NCBI GenBank assembly: GCA_036867785.1
Contig: CP145417.1
Coordinates: forward strand, 682,001 to 746,000
Reading direction: 5' to 3'
DNA from: Plasmodiophora brassicae
Taxonomy: Eukaryota
DNA: 64,000 bases
Position numbers and translations under genes: made by a program
In this document: positions 61,970-64,000 of the stretch, one piece after another
How positions within the stretch are numbered: position 1 is the stretch's first letter
How the letters are laid out: every line of letters starts with the position of its first letter
The notes under the pieces: generated by a model
What the model was told of the DNA's origin: nothing
Database searches by the model: none
Seen by the model: the letters and a program-made list of their open reading frames with translations, nothing else

Positions 61970-62410
61970 TCAGCTCATCAGTGCCTGCATGGCTGCCGGG
62001 AGCTTGGTGATTGACCAGTTGACGTGCACGGTGCGCCACTTGCCGTCGATCAGGCGGTAGACCTGAGTCGAGTTCCAAGGCGTGCCGCATTTCTCTCCCC
62101 CTTTCCCATCTGGGACGTAGTTGATCAAGTTGTAGGTGACGATGCCCATATCGCCAGCGTCGTTGACGATCACCTTGGTGTTCAGGAAATCGTTGCGCAC
62201 GATGTTGAGCTTGCCTTCGAAGAACTTTCGAAAGTAGGCCTCAACCTGCTGACGGCCTGCCAGCAGCCCGTCGGTCATCGGGTCGAAGTACGTCACGTCG
62301 TCACTGTAGATCTCCAAGGCCCCGTCGACATCGCCCTTGTTCCAGCGCTCGTTGATGTAGTTCTCCAAGCCGAGGAGCGTCTCCTTGACCTTCCCTACGT
62401 CAGCCTTCAT
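61970..62410 (-). CDS. SnoaL/NTF2-like (DUF4440-type) protein, intronless, bacterial-like
   Basis: ERWNKGDVDGALEIYSDDVTYFDP..G...V..YF...TYNL...WNSTQVYRLIDGKWRTVHVNWS. Confidence 0.88.
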   Translation of the reverse strand: MKADVGKVKETLLGLENYINERWNKGDVDGALEIYSDDVTYFDPMTDGLLAGRQQVEAYFRKFFEGKLNIVRNDFLNTKVIVNDAGDMGIVTYNLINYVPDGKGGEKCGTPWNSTQVYRLIDGKWRTVHVNWSITKLPAAMQALMS

Positions 62411-63009
62411 ATCGTCTGTGATGATCACTGCGTGCACACGTCCAGAAGCCAACGGACGGCGTCGCCCCTGTCGATCGCTTCTGATCTGTTCACGACCGTC
62501 GACCAACGACCAAAACCAAAATTAGAAGGTGACTGGGACTGCGCGCATGCCGCGCGAACGGCTGGCGGACTGGGGCTGTCCCGGCTTGGGCGCCCGTGAC
62601 AGGAGGTCACGCGCTCACGCGGCGGCAGCCACGCGGCCCACTGTCACGCAGCAACGCGCGAGTCTCGATTGGGCCTCCGTCTCGGAACGCCGCCGCGCCT
62701 CCCAGGACGGGCTGCCCCTTGCCCTTCGTTGTCCCGGGCTGAGCCTGAACCAAGTTGCCGCTTATCGAGCTGTGGAAGGTGACTGCAATTTCTCTCGAGG
62801 CTGAATGCTCAAAGAAGTGCTGTTTGATCTCTGGTCCGGAGGCACGTGCCCGACGTTGTTACGTACTGCACGTCCGGCCGAAGCAGAACTCAGAATGGCC
62901 TCGAGATCGTGGTGCGTCAGAGCGGGAAGGGAGGAGCGGCTGGACCAGGATCACGGGCGTTGACCCAGCTGAAGACAAAGACGTGGCACGGACGATTGTT
63001 CTGTTTAGG

Positions 63010-63420
63010 TGCTCAGCTGGTCCCCGTTCGCCAAACAGCGTGGCCTCGAAGAACGCCCGCTCAGTAACGGTTCAACAGCGACCAAGGTGAAAGTCCATTC
63101 CCGTCGATGTCAAAACCAGATGGAACGTACACCCCAAATCATATTCCGCATGTCAAATGCCACCTCTTATCGACGTTTGCAGATCGCATCGTTCCTGTCG
63201 ATGTAAGATGTGGGAAAACGCGGACCATCTCTTACATTACCGGCACCAAGCCGCGCCTCCCGACAGGCATCAGCAACCTGGACAGCCATTGATAACCTGA
63301 ACGCAACCGACGGTGCTCGAAATGGCACCGAGCACTTTCGCGCGCCTGGTGCCTGTCTTGGTTGAGAAGATGGTAACTGACAAACAAACGCGAAATCAAC
63401 TGGCAAAGCTCGATTCAGAC
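63010..63420 (+). pseudogene. internally deleted pseudogene paralog of the SKP1-ankyrin gene
   Basis: 27-nt exact match 63177-63203 = 59571-59597 followed by TAA; colinear remnants KNARSVTV, AIDNLNA..TVLEMA and ARLVPVL. Confidence 0.8.
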
Positions 63421-63612
63421 GTGGACGGCAGTGCTGACACAGGCAATTTGCCAAACCGTGGCATGACGGGCGACGGAAACAGCATCCACCGCCGATGAGT
63501 TTGAAAACGTCGGCCGTTTATATTGAACCGCTACGAGGTGTATCCGTAGCATACTTCGCAAGAGTAAAGCGGCACCCAGTGGGGATTTGTGTAGCATGCT
63601 GGGACCCTCCTC

Positions 63613-63938
63613 CTACTTCTTTGGCGGGGTCTTCCACTGCAGCAGGGCGCGACGCATGCTGGGCGTCAGCGGCCGGGACCCCTGCTCGCTGAAAATACGT
63701 TCGAGCTCCTGAATCTCTTTCAGGTCGAGCAACCTACGCAATCTGGCTTTCTGATCGCGGTCACGCCTGCGGGCCAGCCACGCGTCAGACCCGGTCTGGC
63801 GACGGTGACGTAGCGACCTTACTCATGGCCTCGCTGTATGGTTTCGTTGTACTCGGGCGCTGTCGGATTGACGCGCTTGTACGACAACCGACGTAGGGCC
63901 GTCGTGGGCGTCGCCAGCGCGCGCAACTTGGTGAACAT
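63613..63938 (-). CDS. small putative mitochondrial protein (89 aa, 2 exons)
   Basis: Exons 63938-63823 and 63766-63613 with intron GTAAGG..CTGAC..GCAG; product MFTKLRALATPTTALRRLSY...ALLQWKTPPKK*. Missed by the ORF track. Confidence 0.72.
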
Positions 63939-64000
63939 CTTGCCAGTGTGCGCGTGACTTAAATACAGCGTCAGAGTGATCTCCAGGCGGCCGCCGACGT

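Noticed and set aside
1-64000. tRNA, rRNA or prokaryotic operon structure
   Set aside because: None recognised; genes are intron-containing and eukaryotic. Small ncRNAs cannot be excluded without a covariance-model search.

Overview
Gene-dense, GC-rich eukaryotic DNA with many short (about 50-70 nt) spliceosomal introns and very short intergenic gaps. The compactness, intron style, flagellar genes and SKP1/ankyrin family suggest a plasmodiophorid protist such as Plasmodiophora brassicae; this is an inference, not a database match. About 30 genes can be read: cytochrome P450 reductase, a divergent DDB1-like protein, coilin, an OFA-type MFS transporter, an APC amino-acid permease, PSMD5, a gelsolin/severin, lipoyl synthase, an LRRC45-like protein, ATG9, a SAXO-like protein, calcineurin A, COX6B, a vacuolar sorting receptor, TMEM208/SND2, HSP110, a giant ARM-repeat protein, LRRCC1/VFL1, a hemerythrin-like protein, NAA20, a SAM-MAP3K, a GT7 galactosyltransferase, a Nudix hydrolase, a SKP1-like/ankyrin fusion, a bacterial-like SnoaL protein and several small hypothetical proteins. 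Three decayed transposon-like relics are also present (hAT-like, DUF6729-like and GCM-domain). The strongest findings are an AT-AC intron with U2-type signals in ATG9, a 7-nt microexon in NAA20, a 182-bp near-perfect inverted duplication inside a dead transposon-like gene, an accessory block at 57.2-63.5 kb (GCM relic, SKP1-ankyrin gene with collapsed paralogs, HGT candidate), and a recurrent TTTT[G/C]G motif upstream of genes. All family assignments come from recognising motifs by eye, and exon boundaries are manual.
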